Positions 39,045 through 49,364 of a stretch of 64,000 nt of DNA are shown here, one piece after another. Every line of letters begins with the position of its first letter. Positions within the stretch are counted from its first letter, which is position 1. Both the position numbers and the translations under genes were made by a program. Origin of the DNA: an uncultured Verrucomicrobiae bacterium (GTDB lineage Bacteria > Verrucomicrobiota > Verrucomicrobiia > Chthoniobacterales > JAFAMB01); contig CAWIPH010000002.1 in the NCBI GenBank assembly GCA_963837955.1, forward strand, positions 1 to 64,000. The letters are read 5' to 3'. The notes below the pieces were generated by a model. It was not told where the DNA came from. It saw only the letters and a list, made by a program, of their open reading frames with translations, and made no database searches.

Positions 39045-40898
39045 TCACCCCGCCGGCACCATCTCTGAATGAGCTAACAGCCACGCGCACCACAGCATTC
39101 CACGGTCATCCCTTTTCCCAGCCTGGTGTTCCGATAACCGCCCCTTTATCCATTCCCAATCCAGCATGGATGGCGATGAGCTGCTGGCAAAACGCAGATC
39201 ACCAGACTGGAACCAGCGTCCGATCGGAACCCCGAATCCTTTCTTTGGCCGATCAATGATGGCATCCGGAACAAGTCCGCGCACGGCCTTTCTCAAAAGA
39301 TGCTTGGTGGTTCCGCCGCGGAGTTTAAAAGAACTCGGAATCCGTCGGACAAAATCCACAACATTGACGTCCAGGAACGGGCAACGCACCTCCAAACCAT
39401 GGGCCATGCTGGAGCGGTCCACTTTGACCAGAATGTCGTCTTGTAAATAGAGTCGGATATAAAATTGCATGGTCCGCTCGACATCGTTCTGCGCGGTAGA
39501 TTCGTTCCAGGCTTCGGTGGCTTCAGAGTAAAGTTCTTCGGTGTCAATTTTTTGCCGGAACAGCCGCCCTATTTCGTCTGGGTCGAGCGGTCCCATCCAC
39601 GCCGGCATCCAATGGGACCTATGGTATGACAGACCTCTCAAGGTACGTTTCACGCGAAAATCTAAACTCATATTCACGTGAGAGACCGGCATGTGTTCGA
39701 CCGCCATCCGCGCCGTCCGATGCACAAGCTGGGGAACGAGTTGCTGGTAGGGGACCGCGAAGCGGAGAGCACGGAACGGATCATAGCCGGCAAACAGTTC
39801 ATCGCTGGCGTCGCCGGTCAGGACTACCTTGACGTCTTGCCGCGCGAGTTGGGCCACCAATCCAGTCGGCAGGATCGAACTGTCACCCATGACCTCATCC
39901 AGCTGTTTCGAGGTAGCCGAACACAGCTCCAGACAGCGCTCGATCGAGAATATTTCTTCTCTGTGCTTAGTACCGGCGGAAGTAGCAGCCAACCGGGCAT
40001 AATCACGCTCATCGAAGCTCTTTTCAGTAAAACCGATGCTGAACGATCGGATCCCCTGGTGATGACGCGAAGCGAGCTTAGCTACTAACGTGGAATCGAT
40101 ACCTCCGCTTAAGAATAGACCTACCGGCACATCCGCATTGAGGCGAACTCGCACAGCCTCATCCAACAGGCGGATTAGCTCGGCTCCCCACTGTTCTTCC
40201 GCATCCTTTGGAACGGTGGCAAACGGAGCGAACTGAAATTCCCAATACTTGACGATTTTTGGGATAAGATCAGAGACCGAAATGCGCAACCAATGCCCGG
40301 CCGGAAGTTTTCGTACTCGGGCGAGCATCGTTAGCGGTGCTGGTATAAAACCGTAAGCGAAGAGCTTTTGCAGAGCTACCGGATCTAACGAAGCTGGAAC
40401 TCGCGGGTGTTGGCGCAGTGCGGTGAGCTCTGAAGCGAAAGCAAAACAGCGCTCATCCGAGTAATAGAATAAGGGTTTTTTACCAAATCGGTCGCGGCTC
40501 AAAAAGAGTTCGTTCTTGGCCCGATCGAAAATGGCGAATGCCCACATGCCGTTGAGCCGGTCGAGCATGGCCGGTCCCCACTCCCGGTATCCATGCAGCA
40601 GAACTTCGGTATCCGAATGATCGGTCTGAAATCGATGTCCTGCCTTTTCCAGCTCCTGGCGGAGCTCGACATGATTGTAAATTTCGCCGTTGAAGGTGAT
40701 CACCAACGCCTCATCGGCGGTTTTCATCGGCTGACTACCGCCGGCGAGATCGACAATCGAGAGAATTCGGTGCCCGAAAAAGACCTGATCTCCAGTCCAG
40801 AATCCTTCGCCATCCGGACCGCGATGATTCACTCGAGCCGTCATCCGGACCAAGTCCTCGCGGTTTCCTTCTCCAACGAATCCGGCGATCCCGCACAT
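39045..40898 (-). CDS. asnB: Asparagine synthase (glutamine-hydrolysing) family amidotransferase, probably glycan amidation
   Basis: MCGIAG start, HRGPD, FNGEIYNH, RDRFGKKPLFY, LSGGIDST, KVDRSSMAHGLEVRCPFLD, RPKKGF. Confidence 0.93.
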   Translation of the reverse strand: MCGIAGFVGEGNREDLVRMTARVNHRGPDGEGFWTGDQVFFGHRILSIVDLAGGSQPMKTADEALVITFNGEIYNHVELRQELEKAGHRFQTDHSDTEVLLHGYREWGPAMLDRLNGMWAFAIFDRAKNELFLSRDRFGKKPLFYYSDERCFAFASELTALRQHPRVPASLDPVALQKLFAYGFIPAPLTMLARVRKLPAGHWLRISVSDLIPKIVKYWEFQFAPFATVPKDAEEQWGAELIRLLDEAVRVRLNADVPVGLFLSGGIDSTLVAKLASRHHQGIRSFSIGFTEKSFDERDYARLAATSAGTKHREEIFSIERCLELCSATSKQLDEVMGDSSILPTGLVAQLARQDVKVVLTGDASDELFAGYDPFRALRFAVPYQQLVPQLVHRTARMAVEHMPVSHVNMSLDFRVKRTLRGLSYHRSHWMPAWMGPLDPDEIGRLFRQKIDTEELYSEATEAWNESTAQNDVERTMQFYIRLYLQDDILVKVDRSSMAHGLEVRCPFLDVNVVDFVRRIPSSFKLRGGTTKHLLRKAVRGLVPDAIIDRPKKGFGVPIGRWFQSGDLRFASSSSPSMLDWEWIKGRLSEHQAGKRDDRGMLWCAWLLAHSEMVPAG

Positions 40899-40926
40899 AA
40901 ACTCAGCCCATACCTGTGGCGGGGGG

Positions 40927-41102
40927 AAATAGCAAATAGCAGATAGCAGGGGGGAGAGAACGCCGGGAGCGCACGGGAACGCCGGGAACGCCGGGAACGC
41001 CAAAGCCAAACACCAAACGCCAAACGCCAAACGCCGCGATATCGGCAGCTAATCGGCCGTTTAACCTGTATTCCTTTGCGCCTTTGCGTCTTTGCGTGAG
41101 GT
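40927..41102. repeat. Cluster of short tandem repeats (AAATAGC, AACGCCGGG, AAACGCC, CTTTGCGT)
   Basis: Read directly between asnB and the epimerase gene. Confidence 0.75.
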
Positions 41103-42148
41103 TATTGTCGCTTCCAGGCTTCGAAGATCTGCAGAAACGTCTCTTCCAGTCCCTTGGTGATATCCCAATTCGGGTAATGCGAACGCATCTTCGATAAATC
41201 GGAGATATAACAGATGTGATCACCCCGCCGATTCTGATCGATGTATTCGTACGACATCTGTTTGCCTGAGATTTGCGCGATCAGATCGAACGCTTCCAGG
41301 ATCGAAATCGAGTTGCGGCGACCGCCACCGAGATTATAGACCTCACCAATGCGGGGTTGTTGGATGAATTCATTCATGAACCGAGCCACATCCAAAGAAT
41401 GGATGTTGTCGCGGACCTGTTTCCCTTCATAACCGAAGATCTTGTAGGTTTTTCCTTCGACGTTGCATTTAATCAAGTAGCTGAGGAAACCGTGGAGCTC
41501 GACCCCGCAATGGTTCGGCCCCGTGAGGCAACCTCCCCGCAAACAACAGGTCGCCATCTGAAAATAGCGGCCATATTCTTGGACCATCACATCGGCTGCT
41601 ACTTTGGAGGCTCCGAAGACGGAATGCAGACAGTGATCGATCGGAAAACTCTCCCTGATTCCATCGGCGTATTCTGCGTCGGCATAATCCCAACGGGTTT
41701 TCTTTTCGACCAGGTTGAGCCGATTCGGGCCATCGCCGTAAACTTTATTGGTAGACATATGAACGAACGGCGCCTCGGGACACCATTGCCGGGCCGCCTC
41801 GAGCAAATTGAGTGTACCGACTGCGTTCACATCGAAATCGTCGAAAGGACGCGACGCAGCAAGATCATGGCTTGGCTGAGCGGCGGTGTGGATGACAGCG
41901 TCCGGCCGGATCTTTTGAACCAGTTGGAGCACAGCGTTGCGGTCACGGATATCAACTTGATGATGATGAAAACATTCAAAAGTCGTCCGGAGTCGCTGCG
42001 TGTTCCAGGAAGTGTCCCCCGGCGGACCAAAGAATTCGGCTCGCAGATTATTCTCGATCCCATGGATCTCGTTCCCTTCGCGAGCGAAGAAAGCGACTAC
42101 CTCGCTGCCGATTAGACCGCTGGATCCGGTTACAAGTAGTTTTTTCAC
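41102..42148 (-). CDS. NAD-dependent nucleotide-sugar epimerase/dehydratase (CDP-paratose 2-epimerase-like)
   Basis: [48 protein letters not shown]. Confidence 0.88.
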   Translation of the reverse strand: MKKLLVTGSSGLIGSEVVAFFAREGNEIHGIENNLRAEFFGPPGDTSWNTQRLRTTFECFHHHQVDIRDRNAVLQLVQKIRPDAVIHTAAQPSHDLAASRPFDDFDVNAVGTLNLLEAARQWCPEAPFVHMSTNKVYGDGPNRLNLVEKKTRWDYADAEYADGIRESFPIDHCLHSVFGASKVAADVMVQEYGRYFQMATCCLRGGCLTGPNHCGVELHGFLSYLIKCNVEGKTYKIFGYEGKQVRDNIHSLDVARFMNEFIQQPRIGEVYNLGGGRRNSISILEAFDLIAQISGKQMSYEYIDQNRRGDHICYISDLSKMRSHYPNWDITKGLEETFLQIFEAWKRQ

Positions 42149-42198
42149 GTATGAGAGCCTTTCAACTCGTCGACCATATCCAGAGATCTATAGACCTC

Positions 42199-43161
42199 TC
42201 AAGGCCCAATGATCGCGTCGCGATGCTGCATTAACCCGCGGGTAAAATTATGGTTATGGATTGGTTTAAGAATTTCGAGAACGCCCGCCAGTAAGTCATT
42301 GTCGATTGGCTCATTCGCAGCAGCTATGTTTTCCCGGATTTCGTTCGCGCGCGTTGTACCGACCAAAGTAGTAGCAATGTCGGGATTTGCGCAGCAGTAT
42401 TGAACAGCGAGTCGGACGATATTCACGCCTTTCGTCCTGCAGTGTTCGACTGCCTTCCGGCATCTTTCCCGAATTGTTTCACTGGCGGGATGCCAGTCGG
42501 GTGCACCTCGCTCTGTGAGCAATCCCATGCCGGTCGGAGCGGCATTGATGATACCCACGCCTTTCGCTTTCAGGTAAGGGATCAGGTCCAGAAGTGAATT
42601 GTCGTTTAACTGATAATGGCAAAACGACAGAATGGTCTCTACGGTACCGGATTCGACCCGATTCAGGATGCTCGGGAAAATTTTCAGGGGTAATCCGGTA
42701 ATGCCGATATGACGAACAAGCCCTTGCTTCTTCAGGTGCTGTAGCGCAGGCAAGGTTTCCTCCACTATCTGGTCATGATCGGCGAACTCGATGTCATGAC
42801 ACTGAATCAGGTCGATATATTCGACCCCGAGACGTTTTAGGCTGTGCTCGACACTGCGTTCCGTGCTCGCGCGCGAATAATCATAATCCCCCCGCGCCTC
42901 GCTATAGCTGCCAATCTTGGTGGCGATATAGTAGCGCTCCCGAGCGATGCCTTGAAGGGCCCGGCCCAGATTCAATTCCGCCGAAGTTTCACCGTACGCG
43001 GGGGAGACATCGATCAAATTGATGCCACCATCGATCGCGACATGCACGGTCTCGATGCACTCGTCCAGCTTCGCCCCGCGAAACACTGCTCCAAATGCAC
43101 AGGTGCCAAAGCCCAGGCGGGAAACATTGAGTTCGGTAGCTCCGAGTTTGTTATATTTCAT
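42199..43161 (-). CDS. Aldo/keto reductase (L-galactose/D-arabinose dehydrogenase-like)
   Basis: GIN.IDVSPAYG, YYIATKIG, SLKRLGVEYIDLIQCHDIEF, IGITGLPL. Confidence 0.88.
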   Translation of the reverse strand: MKYNKLGATELNVSRLGFGTCAFGAVFRGAKLDECIETVHVAIDGGINLIDVSPAYGETSAELNLGRALQGIARERYYIATKIGSYSEARGDYDYSRASTERSVEHSLKRLGVEYIDLIQCHDIEFADHDQIVEETLPALQHLKKQGLVRHIGITGLPLKIFPSILNRVESGTVETILSFCHYQLNDNSLLDLIPYLKAKGVGIINAAPTGMGLLTERGAPDWHPASETIRERCRKAVEHCRTKGVNIVRLAVQYCCANPDIATTLVGTTRANEIRENIAAANEPIDNDLLAGVLEILKPIHNHNFTRGLMQHRDAIIGP

Positions 43162-43437
43162 CTCGGTTGAAAGAGCGCCGGCGAGAGATTTGCGGCTGGG
43201 GGTTTAAATTCACGTACTGAGATCCCTCCGCCTTTCCAGGCGTGGTAAACGAAATTGCATCGGGCGATGGGGATTATGACAAACGCCTAATTGTGCGCTG
43301 CCGGAATTAATTTGGGTATCTCGCGTCACAGCAGAGCATCTAATAGCAAGAAAGAGCTACGAAACGATGCCGAGATACTTGAACAAATCGCGACAAACAT
43401 CCTGCGACTCATCTTCTCAACTGAATATCCGAAAAAT

Positions 43438-44709
43438 ATGGTAGGAAGCCCTTTGCTAATTGCAGAAAAAGCCCGGATTCGACTGCAGTCCACCGTCGCG
43501 TCGCTCCGCGAAGGCCGGCCGACGAATCTAAACGTGATTCGGCTGCCCGATCCGGCGGATGTCGTCATTACGCCCTGTGAAGTCAATGAGTTACATGGAA
43601 CGGGAACTTTGCTGCTGAGAATATTTAAGGATTCTTCCTCGATCGTTTCATTGCGGACGAGCAATTTTTACGATCTCCCGCAGAGTTTCGGCGCCGCAAA
43701 CTTCTGCTTGCCACTGGCCCAAGCTTCGCGTGCCGAAGTGCTTTCCTGGGTCAAATGGTGGCTCAGCACGACTTCTGTGCGCCGCGCTGTCTGCCTGCCT
43801 TATCTCCCGGCAGATCCTATCGTCGGTATTACCGTCAAAGAACTGTTCAATGTCCCGTTATGTACCTACATCATGGACGACAAGAATGTCTGTGCGCAGG
43901 GAATTCCCGATGCCCTGATGGAGGAGTTGCTCGCGAAATCGGATCTGCGCCTGGTGATCTCACCGGAAATGCGTGAGGCCTACGAAAAGAAGTACCGAAT
44001 GAAGTTCTGTCTGATGCCTCCGCTCGTTTCCGATAAATTGGTTAAGAGGGAGGCGGCTCCGTACTTAAATGGAGTTAAGCCTGGGCGTTCCGTTCTGATA
44101 GGTAATATTTGGGGGCAGCGATGGCTAGATTTACTGCGGAGCACGATTCGCAACAGCGGTTATCAAGTTGATTGGTATTGCAACCAGAAAAACCCGAGGG
44201 CCCTGATTTTCGACCGCCATGAACTGGAAAAGGATGGCATTCGGCTGCTTGATCCGCTCTCGGAATCAGAACTTCCGGCGGTTCTTGCGCAGTATGCAGT
44301 CGCCATTGTGCCGTCCGATACGCTCGACGGAAGAAGTGCACCGAGTGTGCAGGCAATAGCGGAGTTGAGCCTACCGAGCCGGATTCCCTTCGTCGTCGCA
44401 ACGTCACATCTGCCAATTCTCGTAATTGGACATCCAGGAACTTCCGCCGCTCGCTTTGTGGAGCGCTTTAAGCTCGGTGAGGTTGTTCCCTATGATGCCG
44501 ATGCTGTGCGAAGCGCTCTTGCACGCCTTTCGAAGCCCGAAACTCAAACACTCACCAGGAGCCGCGCGGCAGCGCTCAGTGCTAGTTTTTCAGCTCGCGG
44601 TTCTGCCGATTGGATTTGGCGTTCGTTGGAAGCGGGCGAAGCCTGCGACCTTCGGTACGAAAAGCTGATGCCCCCTTCCAAGAATGGGAATTCTCCACAT
44701 CACCACTGA
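43438..44709 (+). CDS. Glycosyltransferase-like (GT-B-like) hypothetical protein (start uncertain)
   Basis: EVNELHGTGTLL, YIMDD, LVISPEMREAY, SLPSRIPF; paralog of 57687. Confidence 0.6.
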   Translation: MVGSPLLIAEKARIRLQSTVASLREGRPTNLNVIRLPDPADVVITPCEVNELHGTGTLLLRIFKDSSSIVSLRTSNFYDLPQSFGAANFCLPLAQASRAEVLSWVKWWLSTTSVRRAVCLPYLPADPIVGITVKELFNVPLCTYIMDDKNVCAQGIPDALMEELLAKSDLRLVISPEMREAYEKKYRMKFCLMPPLVSDKLVKREAAPYLNGVKPGRSVLIGNIWGQRWLDLLRSTIRNSGYQVDWYCNQKNPRALIFDRHELEKDGIRLLDPLSESELPAVLAQYAVAIVPSDTLDGRSAPSVQAIAELSLPSRIPFVVATSHLPILVIGHPGTSAARFVERFKLGEVVPYDADAVRSALARLSKPETQTLTRSRAAALSASFSARGSADWIWRSLEAGEACDLRYEKLMPPSKNGNSPHHH

Positions 44710-44714
44710 ATTTT

Positions 44715-45747
44715 ATGAGCGAATCCGTTGACACCCAGGCTATCTACGAGCTGGAAAGCATTCTTCAGTCATTGGTGGTGAATGATACAACGCTGCTCGA
44801 CGCGCTGGCCCAAATGCTCAATGCCATGCAACAGATGCAGGCCAGGAGTGAACAGAGCCAGGACAAGCTGTGTGCAGAGCTCCAAGAACTCCGCGCGGAA
44901 CTGCGCACGTTGACGCTGGAAGTAATAGAAAGAAAGGCAGATGCAGTATCCGGGCGACAACCGATCGTCGTGACAAATGACGAGTTTGCCGCCCAGAATC
45001 CAGAGCTTGGTTTGCTTGAGTATTTGTATTCCTTCTTGACCGATACGAACGCAATCGATGTCGGCGCCAACATTGGAAAAGTATCAGAGCGGCTCTTGAA
45101 ATGCGGCTACACTGTCTACGCATTCGAGCCATATAGCTCCTTCGTTTCGAGAATTGGTGGAAAGGCATAAGGCGAGTCAGAAATTTCATCCATTCAATTT
45201 GGCACTCGGGGCGGTCGACAGAACGATGGATCTCCACGTCGCCTCGGACTTGTCAGGACTTAGCAAATGGGACCCGACTCTTTTTCATAGCTTGATTGAG
45301 CGGCCGATGTTGCAAGATCTGCAGTTTACCAAGACTGTTCCCGTCGAAGTCCGCAGCCTGGAAAGCTTACGCCAAAATGGGGCGATTCCGCCTACGGCCG
45401 GCGTGCTAAAGATCGACACAGAAGGGTTCGATCTGGAGGTCATCCGCGGCATGGGAGAGGGTAATTTTTCGGCCGTGATGGCTGAGTTTTGGGATCCGGC
45501 ACATCCTTTTGGCGGCCAGGCCACAGGTGGACTGGAGGGTCTTGTCCGAGAAATGAAAGGCAGAGGGTATGCCTCGCATATAGTGATCTATCACTTAGAC
45601 GAAGACTCGACGATCTCCTACTATTGTAACCGCTCCGAAACAGTCCCTAATTCATGGGGCAATGTAATTTTCTTCCGTGATCATGCCCTTTTCGCGAAAG
45701 CGCTTCGCTGGTGTGAAGAGGTGCTTGTAGCCACGTTACATAGGTGA
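44715..45747 (+). CDS. FkbM-family methyltransferase with N-terminal coiled coil, one frameshift
   Basis: IDVGANIG, VYAFEP in ORF 44610-45170; LKIDTEGFDLEVIRG in ORF 45154-45747. Confidence 0.85.
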
Positions 45748-45853
45748 TCAGACAAAGGCGGATACAATCGGTCAATAGCCACAAATAAGATGCTGCGTTC
45801 GAAATCGTAAGCCGGAGCGCCTCTGCACATTTTGGAAGCGGGATCAACGGGTC

Positions 45854-46603
45854 GTGAATCTCAATAATTTAGTACTTTGTTGCGGAATGATCCGTTCAGC
45901 ATCAACGCTGCAATATCAAGTCGTTGCTGACCTGATTGAGCGAAACGGTCTTGGCCAACGGATCGGGTTTGCGGATCGGGAAAGCCTATCCGAAATCGTG
46001 CAAAGGTTCGAAAGGGTGGAGGGTTTCGCGATAGTTAAGGCTCATGAGATCTTGCCACTAGTCGATGCACTCATCGCGCAAGGTCGCATTCGCCTCTTTT
46101 ACACCTTTCGCGACCTGCGCGCAGTTGCTCTTTCGGTAATGCGAAAGTGGGAGATTCCATTTGCACAGGTGATTGGTCGAAACGCCTGGCTCGACACTGC
46201 AGTCCAATCTTCTAACCATTGGCTTTCCGTCCCCGGTGTCTGCGTAAGCCGCTATGAAGACATGGTGTTGAGACTCCCGACCGAAGTCACGAAATGGGCA
46301 GACGCTCTTGGCCTAAATCTTACTTCTACCCAGGCTGACGAATTAGCAGCCAAATATTCTATCGAGGCGCAGCGGGAGCGAGTTCGCCAGGCGCGTAACC
46401 CAAAGTCAACTCAAATGAGCGAATCGAACGATTTCTTTGATCCCAATAGTTTGCTGCATCACAACCACATACTGGACGGGTCCTTAGACGGATGGAAATC
46501 AGGACTCGAGAAATGGCAGATTCGCCAAATTGAAGGTCGGTTCTCCAGCTGGTTGTTAGATCATGGTTATCAATTGAGCACTAGTGCTCCGGTACTGAGC
46601 TAG
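45854..46603 (+). CDS. Sulfotransferase-domain protein
   Basis: 5'-PSB-like GMIRSASTL, VKAH, 3'-PB-like FRDLRAVALS, RYED. Confidence 0.8.
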   Translation: MNLNNLVLCCGMIRSASTLQYQVVADLIERNGLGQRIGFADRESLSEIVQRFERVEGFAIVKAHEILPLVDALIAQGRIRLFYTFRDLRAVALSVMRKWEIPFAQVIGRNAWLDTAVQSSNHWLSVPGVCVSRYEDMVLRLPTEVTKWADALGLNLTSTQADELAAKYSIEAQRERVRQARNPKSTQMSESNDFFDPNSLLHHNHILDGSLDGWKSGLEKWQIRQIEGRFSSWLLDHGYQLSTSAPVLS

Positions 46604-46605
46604 CG

Positions 46606-47376
46606 ATGAGCCAACCCACACGGCCGATGCTGCTCGACGTCCAAAATTTGACGAAAACATTTGGAAACTTCAAAGCGGTTGACGATGTGTCGTTTTTCGT
46701 TCGCCCCGGGGAAGTAGTTGGTCTGCTTGGTCCCAGTGGCGCCGGCAAGACCACCACCATCCAGATGATTCTTGGATTGATTTCGCCCAGTGCAGGCAGC
46801 GTCCGAATCTTTGGACAACTCTTTGAGAAGAACCGTCAACAGATCCTCGAAAAAGTCAGCTTCACGGCGCCGTACGTCGCCTTCCCGATCCGGCTCACGG
46901 TGTTCGAAAACCTAATGGTTTTCGCCCGCATCTATGATGTTCGCGATCCTGAATCAAAAATCATGGAATTGCTGCGGATGTTCTCGATAGAGGACCTCAG
47001 GAACAAACCAGTTTCTCGTCTTTCCTCCGGCGAGAACACGCGAGTCGGACTTTGTAAGGCGTTGATGAACGATCCGAAGTTACTGGTGATGGACGAGCCG
47101 ACTGCTTACCTCGATCCTCAAGTAGCGCTTCAGGTAAAGAATATCCTCCTCGATTTGCAGCACCGTTACGGAACAACGATTCTCTACAGCTCCCACAACA
47201 TGGCCGAGGTGGAAGAGATGTGCAGCCGGATCATTTTTCTTAGCCGTGGCCGGGTGCTTGCGAGCGGCAGCCCCATAACAGTTACCCAGAGCATCCTGAA
47301 AGAGAATCGTCGGGAACCGGCGCTTAAAGAAGTGTTTCTACACGTCGCGAGGAGACGGCTGAATGAAACTAAATAG
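46606..47376 (+). CDS. ABC-2 exporter ATP-binding subunit (NodI/DrrA-like)
   Basis: GPSGAGKTT, LSSGE, VMDEPT, SSHNM.EVE. Confidence 0.92.
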   Translation: MSQPTRPMLLDVQNLTKTFGNFKAVDDVSFFVRPGEVVGLLGPSGAGKTTTIQMILGLISPSAGSVRIFGQLFEKNRQQILEKVSFTAPYVAFPIRLTVFENLMVFARIYDVRDPESKIMELLRMFSIEDLRNKPVSRLSSGENTRVGLCKALMNDPKLLVMDEPTAYLDPQVALQVKNILLDLQHRYGTTILYSSHNMAEVEEMCSRIIFLSRGRVLASGSPITVTQSILKENRREPALKEVFLHVARRRLNETK

Positions 47377-48152
47377 AATCAAGGCCATAATCTTCCGGCA
47401 CTCTTGCGAAGGGAGACGCAATTTGAGCCGGGTCACCGAGATGGTGTATTGGCCGGTGCAGAACATCGTTGTCTGGGGGTTTTTCACAATTTATCTTACC
47501 CGGGACAACCACCTGCAGCCGGGAATAGTTAGTTTTCTCTTAGGTGCGGCCATTCTGTGGGGGATGTTCTATGCATTCCAGCGTGATCTGGCGGCGGGCT
47601 TCCTCGAAGAACTCTGGTCTCGAAACCTCATCAACTTATTCTCTACGCCGCTGAGCATCTCCGAATATTTGACCGGCCTCATCATTGTCAATCTGGTCAG
47701 AGCCATGGTGGGAGTTCTGGCAGCGGGCCTAACTGCGTGGCTCTGCTTCGGCTATGAAATCTCCTCGAAACTGTTAGCAGTTATTCCCTTTATGTTGAGT
47801 TTGACTCTCTTCGCGCTCGCTGTCGGTGTGATAATTACCGGTCTGATTGTCAGGTATACCACCAAGATCCAGACGCTGGCCTGGAGCTTTGCTGGCTTAC
47901 TGATGCCGTTCTCGTGCGTATTCTATCCTTTTAGCTCTCTTCCCAAATGTTTGCGTCCGGTCGCCTGGGCTCTTCCCACTACTCATGCTTTCGAAGGGAT
48001 GAGGCAGGCAATCGCCGGAGGAGGCTTTGCGCTGCCGCATTTCGAGTGGGGGATTATGCTAAATGCGTTCTATCTGGTGTTGGCTGTCCTGGTGTTTCGC
48101 CGGATGTTTGAATCTGCACGTGCCCGAGGTCTGCTTAGTAAAGCTAGAGTAG
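47363..48152 (+). CDS. ABC-2 exporter permease (NodJ/DrrB-like)
   Basis: About six TM helices, NLFSTPL, VFYP...LP, LPTTHAFEGMR; removing one base near 48137 gives LLVKLE* at 48152, just before a tandem repeat. Confidence 0.85.
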
Positions 48153-48279
48153 GGAACGTTGGGAACGCCGGGAACGCACGGGAACGCCGACAACGCCGAC
48201 AACGCCGACAACGCCGACAACGCCGACAACGCCGACAACGCCGAGAACGCCGAGAACGCCGAGAACGCACGGGAACGCC
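48152..48279. repeat. 14-unit 9/10-mer tandem repeat (GGGAACGCC / GACAACGCC x6 / GAGAACGCC)
   Basis: Read directly from the sequence. Confidence 0.9.
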
Positions 48280-48281
48280 GG

Positions 48282-48390
48282 CTTGTCCGACGACCGTGTC
48301 CGACGAAGCTCCTCCGCTACATCGGCGACGTTCCAAGGATCAGCGAAGTCGGAAGCCTGCCGGAGTTTCAAACGACGGAGCGAAGTTGGA
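48282..48390. mobile_element. Two variable-core TCCGAC...GTCGGA cassettes, one nested in the other
   Basis: CTTGTCCGACGA[CCGTGTCCGACGAAGC-N33-GCGAAGTCGGA]AGC-N23-GCGAAGTTGGA. Confidence 0.7.
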
Positions 48391-48507
48391 GAGCGCATTT
48401 TTCGGTAGTGCCAGAAATGTGTTGCCAATCGCGAGCTCCTCTGTAAAGAATCGCCTCTGCTGCGCAACCCTCCGCGCGCCGGCAATCGGTTTCTCGGGGA
48501 ATCGGCT

Positions 48508-49352
48508 ATGGACCAGTCCATCATATTGCACAGCCATGTGCCAAAGACGGCGGGCACCAGCGTTTCGGCGCATCTAGCTGGGATATTCGGCAAGCTTCAT
48601 TTGAGTCATTCCCATGAAGATCCCAATTTCATATTAACCCCGCCGATTCTCGAAACTCTTTTTGAGATCAACCCATTCTTGCGATCATTGTCCTCTCATC
48701 ACCTTCGCATTTTTCCGAGAAAGATTCTTGGCCGGCCGGCCCATTACATCACTTTCCTGCGCCATCCAACGAACACCCTTCTTTCTCGCCTAAGTTACGC
48801 GCAACAGAATTTTAAAAATCTGCCCGCGAAGGTAAAAGAATTTTGGCCGGACGAGACGCCTTGCCTTTCCTTGCGGACCCTCGCCCAATGGTATCTCGAC
48901 AAATTGGGGGCGACCGAATGCTCTGGCCAGACTTGTTTTTTTTGCCACCCGAACATTTTGGCGAAAGATCAGTTTCGGATTTTGGTGCTGGTGTTGTTAA
49001 CCCTGGTCTCGCATCGAACATGCTTAAGCATTTTCTCTTTGTGGGAATTGTTGAAGACATGTCCATCAGTCTCGACATTCTGGACGCTCGGCTGCGAGGG
49101 CTGGGAATCAGGCTGGGTCGGGAAGGTTTTTTGGGGAGGTTTCGGCACCAGAACCGGAGCCACCGGAGAAATCTGGCTTGGCTTTGCCAGGAGGACGAGA
49201 TTGGTCGACGCGTCCTGGCCTGCAACGCCAGTGACCGTCTCCTCTATTCGGAATTCCGCAAAAGACTATGGGCTAGCCACTGCGAAATGTTGAGCGGCCA
49301 AGACTTCAAGTATCGGTTTTGCCCATACGAAATCGCAAACAACTTGTACTGA
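48508..49352 (+). CDS. Sulfotransferase family 2-like protein, frameshifted
   Basis: HSHVPKTAGTS, YITFLRHP, then FLFVGIVED and NASDRLLY in the next frame. Confidence 0.8.
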
Positions 49353-49364
49353 TCCGAGGATAAA

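Noticed and set aside
40899..41030. Signal-peptide-like N-terminal extension on asnB
   Set aside because: It translates tandem repeats; class II amidotransferases need the N-terminal Cys of MCGIAG (start 40898).
43262..43290. Fluoride riboswitch-like GGCGATGG
   Set aside because: Too short, lacks the remaining consensus, and the gene context does not fit.
48152..48577. Arg-rich (RRQ)n C-terminal extension of the ABC permease and the (DNA)n / (GVV)n ORFs
   Set aside because: Read-through into a non-coding 9-mer repeat caused by a probable one-base insertion; a natural stop appears at 48152.
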